A stretch of 64,000 bases of DNA from Octopus sinensis (Eukaryota). Below the pieces are notes generated by a model, which made no database searches, was not told where the DNA came from, and was given only the letters and a program-made list of their open reading frames with translations. Location: NCBI RefSeq assembly GCF_006345805.1, contig NC_043010.1, forward strand, positions 28,334,001 to 28,398,000, in the 5' to 3' direction. Made by a program: the position numbers and the translations under genes. Each line of letters begins with the position of its first letter. Within the stretch, counting starts at the first letter, position 1. Shown in pieces: positions 41,256-54,200 of this stretch.

Positions 41256-42250
41256 TTCAAATTCTATGGGAATGTTTTGCCATATTCCATTGATATAATT
41301 GAATAATTGTTTTAGATTAGATGGTTTTTTAACATGGACTTTTTTGGAAACATAATTCCACAAGTTCTTGATCGGATTCAAGTCCGGGCTCTGGGGAGGC
41401 CATTCGATTATGTCAGTATTATGGTGATCAAAAAATTCCATAACCTTTTGGGATTTGTATTGTCCTGCTGATAAATAGCCCCCGGGGGCATTTTGTGAGT
41501 CAAATATGGCACAACATTATCCTTTAGTAGATTCATATAACCTACACTATTTAGCTTTCCATCAACTTTAACTAGAGAGCCAACACCAAGGTTACTAAAT
41601 GCCGCCCACATCATCACATCCCCCCACCCCGCTTGCGTCGTCTTTTGCATGCATTTCGGATGGAATTCCTCAGTTGGGCAACGTCTGACGTATGGTTTAC
41701 CATCTGATCCAAATATACAGAAGCATGACTCATCACTCCAAAGGACCCTGCACCAATCTTTGGTAGTCCATTGAGCATGGCTTTTTGTGAAATTAAGGCG
41801 TTTGAGCCGATTTCTTTCAGATATTATTGGCTTTTTCCTAGTGGTTTGTCTATGTAGTCCAAATTCTCTCAAACGGTTGCGGACGGTTTGTAGTGTAAAA
41901 ATTACACCATTCTCATTGGACAATTGTTTACAAATGTTAACGGCTGTCAGCATTCGGTTGCCTTCCGAAAGTCAGTGGATTCGACGGTCCAACTGCGCCG
42001 TCATTTTTCTTGGGGCGCCAGTCCTTTGCTGATCTTTATATTGACCAGACTCCGAGTGCAAGCCATTTTACTGCACTTTAGTTGCTTGTTGATGTTCAAA
42101 AAGGAAACTTTTTGCTGGTGGAGTAATACGATTTTTGCTCTCATGACTGGACTGAGGCTACGTTGTTTTCCCATTATTGTGTGACCACCCATTTTGGCAA
42201 AAAAATTTGCATACATATTACATGGTCTTAAACTAATTTTGCCGGTAAAT
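41255..42250 (-). mobile_element. Tc1 transposon with a frameshifted DD34E transposase
   Basis: HTH region, VLWSDES, YQQDN, WPPQSPDLNPIKNLW (catalytic E changed to K) spread over three frames. Confidence 0.92.
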
Positions 42251-42814
42251 TTGAAACGTTTATATTAATTTAGCATAAGTTGGGACAATGTACAAATTCA
42301 GGGCTTAGAAATTAAATGACAATCGGAGAGCCAACCAATTGAAATGATGTGTAAAACATCAATAGTTAAGAGCAGAAATTTCAGCTTTGACAAAAATGGA
42401 AATAATCCTGAAATATAGAATCTGAATGCCAACACACCTGAGAGATTAAATTGAGCCATTTTGTTTATTCCTGAAAAATTTTTGGTTAATTTTATGATAT
42501 GGAGTGGATTAAAATATACAGCAGCATTTTTTATTTTATATGGGTTTTTTTTTTTGCAGTGAAAGCTAGTTTAGAGGTGCAGTTGACAGTTTCAAGTCAC
42601 ATGTAGCCATTGATGCAGAATGGTTTTTACCTACAGAATCATCATTCATTACAGAGTGGTAGTTTCGCAGCAATCTAATGCATTGTGTGATGTGCTGTTA
42701 GCTGAATTAAAACTACACAAGCTGACAAGTAAATTATTTGCCTTTAACTGCAATTTTTTGTTCTTATGTGCATATGAGTGTTTGTATGTCTCTAAGCATG
42801 AATGTAAGTGTATA

Positions 42815-43125
<311 letters not shown>

Positions 43126-43225
43126 TATGTGAGCTATCATGTGCATGTGTTTTTCTTTCTTCATGCATATTTTATTCTATACACTTCCAGGTTTGGGGTA
43201 GAAAGGGCTAAGAATGTCATCTTGA

Positions 43226-43939
43226 TTAAATTGTAGTTATTTTGGATGATATTTGAACTGGTCGTCTCGATGCCAGTCCCACATGACTTGGCAATCCACT
43301 TTTTATCAATTGTTCAGTTGCAATATAGCATGGCTTTAGAATAAGCTTGTTGGTTGAATTCAGCTCATCGACATGATAACCGTACAGGTGTTCTCTAGGA
43401 ATTCTGCTTGGAGCACTCAGTTCAGGTAAGAGTGGTGTATATTTCTGCATGGTTTTGACTAGCACATCATGTAGAATAGTCTTTGGGAGCTTTTCATCTA
43501 CATACTTCAAAGAACCAATTTTATCCTGAATTTTCTTTTTCACAACATAGTCCTGGTCGTCCTGGCGTACAAATTTCTGTGGTTGAATCAGAGTGTTTGG
43601 TGGTTTCAAACCTAAAGCTGGAATTCTCTTTATATCATGTTTTTTAATTGGTTTCGGTGTGATATCAATGCAACGTACTGCAGTGTCGGCTGCTGTTTGA
43701 TTGTATTTGTGTATTTGCTTTGCATTTGAAAGGAAAGGATTTGGGTATGGTTTTGGCTGTTGGGGTGCATAATAGGCATACGTGTGGTTTTCCTTGAGCC
43801 AGTCATTTAGGCAAAGTGCTTCATGTTGGCATGAATTTTTGGGATTACAGTCAATACCACAGATGTAACAAATGATTCTAGCTTTGTTATAATCATCACT
43901 GAACTTCGTAGATTCATACTTGGGATCTTCTGAATGCAT
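43226..43939 (-). CDS. ZNF474-like C2HC zinc-finger protein, paralog 2 (237 aa from MHSEDP)
   Basis: Acceptor tttcttattgtttatag|GA ATG (exon starts 43941); IICYICGIDCNPKNSCQHEALCLNDWLKEN...YNQTAADTA...SSKITTI*. AATAAA on the - strand at 43171-43176. Confidence 0.85.
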   Translation of the reverse strand: MHSEDPKYESTKFSDDYNKARIICYICGIDCNPKNSCQHEALCLNDWLKENHTYAYYAPQQPKPYPNPFLSNAKQIHKYNQTAADTAVRCIDITPKPIKKHDIKRIPALGLKPPNTLIQPQKFVRQDDQDYVVKKKIQDKIGSLKYVDEKLPKTILHDVLVKTMQKYTPLLPELSAPSRIPREHLYGYHVDELNSTNKLILKPCYIATEQLIKSGLPSHVGLASRRPVQISSKITTI

Positions 43940-44375
43940 TCCTATAAACAATAAGAAAGCGATAATAAGATACAGGCAATTCATGACAGGTGATATATAT
44001 ATATAGATATAGACTGACCTTTGTCTGTGGTATCTTTATTCCTTCTTACATCCCCATTTCTTTTCTCTTGATGTCCTTTGCTTTAGCTAAACCTACCCCG
44101 CTGTCTTTCTTGCTACTATAGAATTTTGTCTGCAACAGTTAGATGCGAACTTAACCGTGGTATGACCAGCATCTTTCCTCGTGCCTCTTGGAACTTATAC
44201 CCACATCTTTATGAGTAGATTTATCTTCTCTGGGATGTTAATAATCATTTTAAAAACTTTGTATTGTTGGAAAACATATAGTCTGCTTGAAATCTTACTT
44301 CAGACTCATGGAACTCACTCCTATAACTTCATATGGATATTTACACTCTCTAAGATATTTGGAAAACCTATATGT

Positions 44376-44453
44376 GATTTAGCTGATGAATACTTGACAT
44401 TATATTTGCAGTTTGAAATAAAATGTTTATAGTATGAAACAATTGTACTAATC
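44376..44453 (+). ncRNA. Type I hammerhead ribozyme motif with complete canonical core
   Basis: UUAG-CUGAUGA-AUACU...(long helix II)...AGUAU-GAA-ACAAUUGU-A|CUAA; predicted GUA cleavage after 44447. Confidence 0.8.
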
Positions 44454-44506
44454 TACCAATCCATTCTTGTTGCTTTTTTCTTGGTTATATATATATATAT
44501 ATATAT

Positions 44507-44929
44507 GGACACATTATATAATTATACCTAAAATCTCCAAGAACTTAAAGAGATAGACAAAGAACATGTTGTCTCTACTTCAGCATAGAAGTTTTTAAGT
44601 TGTTTTAAGTCTTCCCTTACTAAACCTCATGATATTGCTTATAATAAATGTTGATTTTTTTATGACTATATCAACTAGAATGTCTGTCTACTCCACTCAG
44701 CCCTACCCATAACAGATACTGCCTTCTGTTCTCTCAGCCTTAGATATACAAGGGATTTGATAAACTAGTCTATGAATTAAAACTAACCCCATAGAGACAA
44801 AAAATCAGTGGCAGGCAGAGTCTTCTTGATAATTTTAGATACTTCTATGCTGAAGTAGAGACAACATGTTCTTTGTCTATCTCCTTAACTTCTTGGAGAA
44901 ATTAGATATGATTATACTAATGTGTCCAT
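44507..44929. repeat. Inverted repeat (~95-bp arms) between the two hammerheads
   Basis: GGACACATTA...GAGATAGACAAAGAACATGTTGTCTCTACTTCAGCATAGAAGT, with its reverse complement at about 44835-44929. Confidence 0.9.
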
Positions 44930-44960
44930 CTGTTCTAATTTAATTAAATTCTATATCTTT

Positions 44961-45049
44961 GTGCAGCTGAAGATTGCTCTACATTTTGAATTGATGTAAT
45001 GATTGCATTGTTCAATTAAATGGAGTTGCATGAAACGATTGTACTGCAT
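44961..45049 (+). ncRNA. Type I hammerhead ribozyme motif, second copy
   Basis: GUGCAG-CUGAAGA-UUGC...(long helix II)...GCAU-GAA-ACGAUUGU-A|CUGCAU; predicted GUA cleavage after 45043; U-U at the base of helix II. Confidence 0.75.
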
Positions 45050-45605
45050 TACCTCTGGATATCCTTGTTGCTTATTTTGATTTTAATCACTTTACTTTGA
45101 AAATGCATGGATAATACTGTACTAAATTCTGGTATCATATTCATCTGAATCTAAATTTTTACTATATATATATATATAATCCTTATATATTACTATATTT
45201 TATATCTTATATCTTATATGTAAAGAATAATATGCTATATGTATGTATGCTATTATAATTATCAGTTTAACAAATAAATAAGTTAACATTTTAATATCCA
45301 AAAGTTGATGAACCACCTATTGTTCTCCTCCATTTTCTTATTTGCGATATATATATAACAAAACACATATATATATATTCTTTTATTCGTTTCAGTCACT
45401 TGATTGTGGTCATGCTGGAGCACTGCCTTTAGTCAAACAAATCGACCACAAGATTTATTCTTTGTAAGCCTAGGACTTATTTTATCAGTCACTTTTGCCG
45501 AACCGCAAAGTTACAGGGACATATAAACACACCAACAATGGTTGTCAAACGATGGTGTGGGGACTAACACAGACATACACACACATATATACATATTTAT
45601 ATATA

Positions 45606-45651
<46 letters not shown>

Positions 45652-45670
45652 ATATATATATATATAATAT

Positions 45671-45746
<76 letters not shown>

Positions 45747-46189
45747 ATATATATATGTACGATCTTTTCAGTTTCCATCTACGAAATCCACTCACAATGC
45801 TTTGGTCGGCCACGCAGTTTGACTGAACCTTGAACCATGTGGTAAGCTACTTACCATACACCATGCCTGTGCTATATGTAGAACCATCAGTCTATGCTCA
45901 TACTTTTCATAATGCCATGGGTAAATTACATGTTGGAGAGCCCATAATTAATATGAGCCAACAATGCAAGTGGTAAGCCAGCTAGAATTAGCAAGCAAAC
46001 CTCCTTCAAATCATGCCCTACCTTACCAAAGGATTTGGATTGATGTAACTGGATCGACTTTGATCTTAGGTCTACTAGTTCAGGACTGCTATGGGACTCT
46101 ACAACAGCAACCTAAATTCATGTCCTTTATTTTGTTGTATTGTGATCAGTCTGGAACCCCTATCTTGCCCAGGATATTAATCATCTAGA

Positions 46190-46718
46190 AACTGTTCAGC
46201 GATGTGCAACCAAGAGAATACCCTCCATCAGGCATTTGCCATATTCTGAACACCTTACTTCCCTGGGCATGGATACCTTGAAATGCTGACGTCTGGCAGC
46301 TGACTTGGCAGACACCCATAAAATTATTAACCATCTTACTAACAAGGTACTTACTCTGAGTACCTTTTCAAACTCCACCTGTCTAACACCCATGGACATG
46401 TTTACAAAGTCAGAAAATAGCACAGCTCCCATGACTTTCGGAAACATTTTTTCACACTAAGAGTTTCTGAAGTATGGAACAAACTGCTGGCATCAGTTAT
46501 TAGTTGTCGGAGCCCTGCCTCCTTTAAAACTTCCATGCTTTCTGAGATTCGCCAACACTACACCTGATTTTCTCCCCTCCATACACACACAAACATGTAT
46601 CTGACTCATACACTGTTCACTTTCCAGATATTTGTACATTACTGCATATGCTTTATATGCACTTTTGACAAGTTGTGGTGCACCTGAGCACTGTATACAA
46701 TAATTTCATTATTATTAT
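46190..46718 (+). mobile_element. CR1-like LINE 3' fragment
   Basis: ETVQRCATKRIPSIRHLPY..., ends AATAATTTC(ATT)n; same family as 51490-52670. Confidence 0.85.
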
Positions 46719-46722
46719 TTGG

Positions 46723-47036
46723 GGATGGTCATTATTTTTTTTTTTTTCTTTGCCAATTAACCACATATGCTCTATACTTGTTCTTCACTTTAGCTTTCTT
46801 TACAATAATTCTTATTCTAATGTTCTTTGTCTGAAATCTTTCATCACACAGCCTGTGACCTCTCCAGCCCATGTATCTCCTCAGAATAGGAGAATCACTG
46901 AAGAAGTCACAGGATGTGTGATGAAAGATTTCAGACAAAGGACATTAAAATAAGAATAATTATAAAGAAAAACGGAAGTGAAGACCAAGTATACAGTATG
47001 TGGGTTTAATTGGCAAAAAAAAAAAATCGACCATCC
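46723..47036. repeat. Foldback (~140-bp arms) with outward-facing hammerhead-like cores
   Basis: Arms 46723-46867 and 46898-47036; the right arm begins CUGAAGA-A-GUCACA(GGAUG)UGUGAU-GAAAGAUUUC. Confidence 0.85.
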
Positions 47037-47684
47037 TGAAATGTAACAATATCTGTTTCAACACACGGTTTCATATCAAGAATCTTGCAAAGCAAAATGC
47101 ATAAGCATAATATTTTATTGTTTTTCTGGATTAAAGAGGTAACATAATGAAGTGAATAGTGTAATTTTTAACCCTTTAGCATTTAGGCCTGTCATATCGG
47201 GCTCAAATATCCGACAGGTCCAGTCTCTTATACCTGCCCCACAATGTCATTCTAAAAATATATAATTACATCAAGCACCATCCAATTGTGGTCGATGCCA
47301 GCTCCTCTGGCCCCTGTGCTGGTGGCACGTAAAAAGCACCCACTATACTCTTGGAGTGGTTGGCGTTAGGAAGGGCATCCAGCTGTAGAAACACTGCCAG
47401 ATCAGACTGGGGCCTGGTGCAGCCTCCTGGCTTCCCAGACCCCAGTCGAACCATCCAACCCATGCCAGCATGGAAAACAGATGTTAAATGATGATGATGA
47501 TGATGATGATCATCATCATCATCATCGTTTAATACAACTTGTCAAAAGTGTGTATAAAGCATATGCAGTAATGTACAAAATGTCTGGAAAGTGAACATCA
47601 TCATAGAAACCTGGAAATAATGGGATAATGTCAGATTAATTCAAAACAATGTGAATAAATACGTATTACATTTGGGTATATTTT

Positions 47685-47724
<40 letters not shown>

Positions 47725-47972
47725 AACAGAGACAAATATAGAGTTTTAAGGTTCTTAGTTTTATTGCACAGACTGAACTCACTGTTTCCTTACCAATTGG
47801 AAGAATCTGCCATTTATCTTTTACTTGTTTTTGTCATTAAACTGTGGCCATGCTGACACACTGCCATGAAGGATCTTAATGAGACAAATTGATCCTGGTA
47901 CCTTTTGTTTCTTTTTAAGCTATTCTATCAGTCTCTTTTGCTAAAACTCTAAGTTATGGGGACGTATACATA

Positions 47973-48080
47973 CCACCACCACCACCACCACCACCACCAC
48001 CACCACCACTACTACTACTACTGCCACCACCACCACCACCACCACCACCACCACCATAACCACCACCATCACCATCACCA
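47973..48080. repeat. (CCA)n/(CTA)n trinucleotide repeat
   Basis: Directly visible. Confidence 0.9.
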
Positions 48081-49054
48081 CTTCAAGAGTACAATCATGC
48101 AAATTAAGTTATCCATTAAGGTGCTGGCCTAATTTATGACTGTACTGATGAATCTCTATATTGCATCATGTTGGATGTTTAATTGCGTCAATATCGTTAT
48201 GCCTCCTTCCTTCAAATGTGAAGGAAGAGCTATTTACATCATACTTGTGGCTATTGTGAAAGAATGTATCTGGTAGAAGCATCTGAAAGGATTGGAGACA
48301 AACACTTTCCTCTCTGGTCAATCTCTCATCAACATCTTCGAGTATCACTTGAAAAGGAAAGTGAGAGTAGAGAGGCAAGTTTTGTCTAGCGAATGTTTCA
48401 AAAAAAGATGGGTGAATGTAGCAAGGATGGCACATATGAATGACGAAGCCACCTTGAGCATAATCCTATGAACCCGAAAAAATTTAAAACAGAGAGTTAC
48501 TTACTTGCAATTAAATGTATTAACATGTGACATTATTGTCTGAGGTTACCGTGGTCTTTTCCATAGGCTTTTCTTTCCACGGATAAACCTTATCTGTTTC
48601 CCCCTTCACACTTTACATCATGATATTTCTGTGATACACAATCTCTATTGATCTTATTTTTTTTACGATCCATTTTGATAGAAAACCTACCCACTTCTTT
48701 TTTTTTCTCCCCAAAAGAAAAGCTCTATTTTGTAATTTGTCCCCTCTGTGTTCATCCTTGTCTGGCTAATAAAGAAACATAATTGGGGAGCAGAGAGGTT
48801 TTGGAATGGTTGAACATGCAACTGGAAGATATATATACTTGTTAAGATTCAAAATAGAAAAAGAACTGAGGTCATTCTACTCCCAATAACTGAAAAATCT
48901 GTTTAGGCCCATTTTCATAAGTTATATATGAAAACCACATTGGAATTTACAAGCAGTGCTGTCTTAAGGCATAGGCACACAGGGCAGTTGTTACTCAGGG
49001 TTCACATGGGTCTAAGGGTCCAATTCTGATCTATGTATGCTGTGGCTGCTGTCA

Positions 49055-49090
<36 letters not shown>

Positions 49091-49987
49091 GACGGGCTTC
49101 TTTCAATTTCCATCTATCAAATCCATTCATAAGGCTTTGGTCAGCTTGAGGCTATAGTAGAAAACACTTGCCCAGGGTGCCACGCAGTGAGACTGAACCC
49201 GGAGCCATGTGGTTGGTAAGCAAGCTTCTTACCACACAGCCACCCTTGTGGTGTGTATTTGTGTGTCTGTGTTTGCTCCCCACCATCACTTGACGATTGC
49301 TGTTGGTGTGTTTATGTCCCCCATAACTTAGCAGTTCAGCAAAAGGCACTGATACAATAAGTACAACGGTTACAGAGAATAAATCCTGGGGTCAATTTGT
49401 TTGACTAAAGATGGTGCTCCAGCATGGCTGCTTTCAAATGATTGAAACAAGTGAATGAAAGAAATTTTTATTATTATTATTATTATTATTAAAATTGAGG
49501 TAATGAGCTGAATCCTTAGCATATCGGACAAAATGCTTATTACTATAATGGCCAAGTTAACATGTGAATATAAAAATAAACAGTCCCAGACCAAATTTAC
49601 CAAGAAGAGTAAACCTCAATGATAAAAAAGTCCCAGCTTTGAATTGCGGGAGGTTGGTATGCCGGTGGATGTGAGCTTCAGCAAAATGATTCACACAATT
49701 TCTGCCTCACTGAAGGAGAGATCCTGTCTTTTCTAATGAGGAAATGCAATCTACAGGAGGAGTATACGACCCCTGTCAGTATTAAGCTATTGAAAGGTCA
49801 AAATGACAATCCTTAGCGGTATGGAATCTGGCTGAGTTCAAATGTCACAGAGGTCAACTTTGCCTTTTAACTTTTCTGAGTAAATAAAGTAACTATCATT
49901 TAAGTAGTGGGGTTGATGTAAGCAACTTCCACCTTCCCCTTCAATATCGTTCATCTTGTGTCAAAATTAAATAGAATTATTATTATC

Positions 49988-50346
49988 ACTGCTTTTGCAC
50001 AGCTTCTAATGCTGGAGATGCTCAACGGTGTAAGCTGTTCACTACCAGTGAACTAAGGTAACACCTCTTATTTTTCAAGCACCTTCCGGAGTATTGAAGC
50101 GGTTCTAAGCAGTGCTGTTTTCTGCAAGTGCTCCACCCTTATTGCAGCCCCTATTTGTTCCATGTGCTTCTCAAGATTTTTACTCACTGTTCCCAGGGCT
50201 CAGACAATTATTGATACTACTACCACCTTTTTCATCGACCACAACTGCTTAACCTAACCTGTCATATCTATTGACTTTTCTTTCTTCCTTATCACATACC
50301 TTGTTGTCAGCTGGGCATGCTATATCTATGATCCAGCATAGTTTGC
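49988..50346 (-). mobile_element. R4/Dong-like site-specific LINE 3' fragment (restriction-like endonuclease) in (TAA)n
   Basis: LCWIIDIACPADNKV...VKQLWSMKKVVVVSIIV*ALGTVSKNLEKHMEQIG...LQKTALLRTASILRKVL; (TTA)n on both sides. Confidence 0.75.
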
Positions 50347-51489
50347 TTATTATTATTATTATTATTATTATGGCGAGCTGGCAGAATCGTTAACACACTG
50401 GATGAAATACTTAGCTGTATTTCACCCGTTGCTACGATCTGGGTTCAAATTCTGCTGGGGTCAATTTTACCTTTCATCTTTTCAGGGTCGGTAAAATAAG
50501 TACCCGTTGAGTATTGGGATCGATGTAATTGACCATCCCCCTCCCCCAAATTTCAGGCCTTGTGCCTATAATAGATAGGATTATTAGAATGAATTTATAA
50601 GGCAGTGAGCTGGCAGAATCATTAGCACGTCGACTTTGCCTTTCATCCTTTCGGGGTCAATATATTAAGTACCAGTTGCATGCTGGGGTCGATTTAATTG
50701 ACTGGACCTCTCCCACCAAATTTCATGCCTTGTGTCTAGAGTAGAAAAGGATCGTTAGCATGCTGGACAAACTGCTTAGCATCATTTCGCCCATCTTTAT
50801 GTTCTGAGTTCAAATTCTACTGAGGTTGACTTTGCCAGTCATCCTTTTGGGGATCAATAAAATAGGTAATATTTAAGCACCGGGGGTGGGTGGGGATGTA
50901 ATAGACTTAGTACCCCTCCTCTGTCCCCGAAATTGCTAGCCTCGTGTCAAAATTTGAAACCGTTATTAGAATCAATGTGAAGTTGGCAGAATGGTTAAGC
51001 AAAGCTTGACAAAGTTATTAGCAGCATTTTGTCCGTTTTGACGGTCAGAATTCAAATTTCCCCATGGTCGACTTTGTCTTTCATCCTTTTGAGATCGATA
51101 AAATAAGTACCAGTCGATCACTGGGAATCGGTGTATCGACCGACCTGTGCTTATTATAGAAAGGATTATTAAAGTTAATATGGCAAAAAAAAATAATAAA
51201 ACTAAAACTATAAAATCATGTGGGACTCACCATGCAATGCTTTATGGCTACGTGTGAAGAAAACAACATAGAAAAGAAGATATGTTTTTGTCATATTTTT
51301 AAAAGATAATTAGTTCATTAGATAAATTAAATGAAAGAATATTGTTCTAATTTATTGAGACCATATAAAATGGCACTAAGCCCAACTCACAGTTGTCCCC
51401 CTTTATAAGATAATAATAATAATGAAATTATTGTATACAGTGCACCACAGTATACAGCCCAACTCACAGTTGTCCCCCTTTATAAGATA

Positions 51490-52670
51490 ATAATAATAAT
51501 GAAATTATTGTATACAGGTGCACCACAACTTGTCAGAAAGTGCGTATAAAGTATATGCAGTAATGTACAAATGTCTGGAAAGCAAACAATGTATGAGTCA
51601 GATACATGCTTGTGTGTGTATGGAGGGGAGAAAATCAGGTGTAGTGTTGGCGAATCTCAGAAAGCATGGAAGTTTTGAAGGATGCAGTGCTCCGACAACT
51701 AACAACTGATGCCGGCAGTTTGTTCCATGTTTCAGCAACTCTCAGTGTGAAAAAATGTTTCCGAAAGTCATGGGAGCTGTGATGTTTTCTGACTTTGTAA
51801 ATATGTCCACGGGTGTTAGACGGGTGGAGTTTGAAAAGGTGCTCAGAGTTATTGTTTGTAAGATGGTTAATAATCTTATGGGTGTCTGTTAAGTCAGGTG
51901 CCAGACGTTGGAATTCAATGTGTCCATGCCCAGGGAAGTAAGGCGTTCAGGATATGGTAAATGCCTGATGGAGGGTATTCTTTTGGTTGCACATCGCTGA
52001 ACGGCTTCCAGACGATTAATATCCTGGGCAAGATAGGGGTTCCAGACCGGTGATGCAAATTCCAGGTGAGGTCTTACCATAGCTATATAAAGCCGCAGTT
52101 AGATAGCTGGAGAGCGGCTCACAAAGGACTTGGTGAGTGATGCCAAGACACCTTCAGCCTTCTTGGCAATTTTAGCGATGTGTTTTGTCCAACACAAATC
52201 ACTGTCGACAATAACACCCAGGTCACATCACACAAAGACTTTTTGAGATTAGTGTTGTGGAGGGAGTAAGTGGACGCTGGGTTTCTCCTCCCAAAATGCA
52301 TGGTGGTACATTTGTCCACAGCCAGCTTGAGTTGCCAGTCCATGATCCACTGCTGCATTGTGTCCAGGTCTGCTTGCAATAGAGATCTATAGTGTACAGG
52401 ATCTGACCTCTTTATTTCGAGGTACAGATTGATGTCATCTGCATATTTCAGCACTGTGGCATTCTTTAAGTTGGCATCTATGTCATTAACATATGCAACA
52501 AATAAAAGGAGGCCAAGAACAGATCCCTGTGGTAGACTAGATGTCATCTCATAGGGTGAAGAGTGCTGTCCTAGAACTGTGACACCCTCTTTTCGGCCGA
52601 AAATAAAGGACTTCAATCAGTTATGGAGTTCGTCCCTTACGCCCAACGCAGAGAGTTTCACCATAAGTCT
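51490..52670 (-). mobile_element. 5'-truncated CR1-like LINE (RT domain, frameshifted)
   Basis: LPQGSVLGLLLFVAYVND, KYADD, VRPHLEFASPVWNPY; (ATT)n tail. Confidence 0.92.
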
Positions 52671-53629
52671 TATAATTTATTTAATCACCTTGATTGTGAT
52701 TCAGCAAATATTTAATTCTTTATTGCCCACAAGGGGCTAAACATAGAGGGGACAGACAAAGGGATTAAGTCGATTACATCGACCCCAGTGCGTAACAAGT
52801 ACTTATTTAATCGACCCCGAAAGGATGAAAGGCAAAGTCGACCTCAACGGAATTTGAACTCAGAACGTAACGGCAGACGAAATACCTATTTCTTTACTAC
52901 ACACAAGGGGCTAAACACAGAGAGGACAAACAAGGACAGACAAACAGATTAAGTAGATTATATCGACCCCAGTGCGTAACTGGTACTTATTTAATCGACC
53001 CCTAAAGGGTGAAAGGCAAAGTTGACCTCGGCGGAATTTGAACTCAGAACGTAACGGCAGACGAAATACGGCTACGCATTTCGCCCGGCGTGCTAACATT
53101 TCTGCCAGCTTGTCAGCAAATATTAGAGTCATTGCTCATCTCTTCTCTTGAAATCAGAGAGTGGGGTTAATGTGAATAGTGCAGAGGTAATTTGGAACCG
53201 GGAGATAAGTAGAAATGTGGTGGTGGCGGTGGTGGAGAGTAACTTGAAGTCCTTACATTGGACAAATGTAAACAAATCAGAAAACGAACCATTACGAAAA
53301 GACTTTGTCGATTCCAGTGCCAAACTAAAGTTTTTGGGGTGCCCCCCCCCCCCACCACCACAAGCCCCAACTATATCATCCAGCCCAATGTTTCTCAGCC
53401 GTTTTTTTTACTTATGGGCCCCTTTGATCGCTATTTTACGTGGATTGACCCCCGTAGCCATTCGATGTTTTAAAAAAGCACATTATATTTTTATAATTAA
53501 ATAGAATTCGGAATTGTATAAAAATGGTTATTAAATATTTTGTGCATTATAAAAGTATAACCAATTTATTGCAAATAAATTTTAACAACAAAATCTTATT
53601 TGCTACGAAAGCCACTAATCCACCCTTAC

Positions 53630-54200
53630 AGACGCATGCTTAGGATTAAGTCCGTTTATTCTGGAGGCGAGAGTCACACTTCAATGATTTCCAGCATAGA
53701 AAGTTTAGTTGCAAGAATAATATGGAGAAAGTTCGGAGAACTTTTACCTTTGTTGGTAACAAAAGACCCTTTTATCAGATTGAAAAGCAGATTGTACAAC
53801 AGTAATGCTACATGGTTGAGTAACTTTGAATGTGAATGCAGAAGATAAGCGAAGAATAGAAAGAAATGGAAGTAGCATGCACCGATAGATGTGCAATGTC
53901 AGTGTGCATGTACAACACAATACAAATGTACTGAGATAAAAATTGGGCAAAAGAAGCATTAGATGTGGTGTGCAGGAGAGAAGATTGTTTTAGTATCGTC
54001 ATGTGGTGTGGATGGATGCAGACAGCTGTATAAAGAAGTGTCGATCGCTGTGGAAGGAATCTGTGGAAAAGGAAAGCCTAGGAATATGTGGGATGAAGAA
54101 GTGAAAACTGACCTCAAGATGTTGAACCTCTTAGAGGTGAGGGAAGACCAAGATGAATGGCAATATGTTGTGCTTGAGAAGACCTGTCCATTTCAGCAGA
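53630..54200 (+). mobile_element. Decayed RTE-like LINE 3' fragment
   Basis: ARIIWRKFGELLPLL...KSRLY...VEGICGKGKPRNMWDEEVKTDLK. Confidence 0.7.

Noticed and set aside
43942-43984. Hydrophobic signal-peptide-like N-terminus MNCLYLIIAFLLFIG of the 252-aa ORF
   Set aside because: It is the translated polypyrimidine tract and acceptor; a zinc-finger protein is unlikely to be secreted. Not formally excluded.
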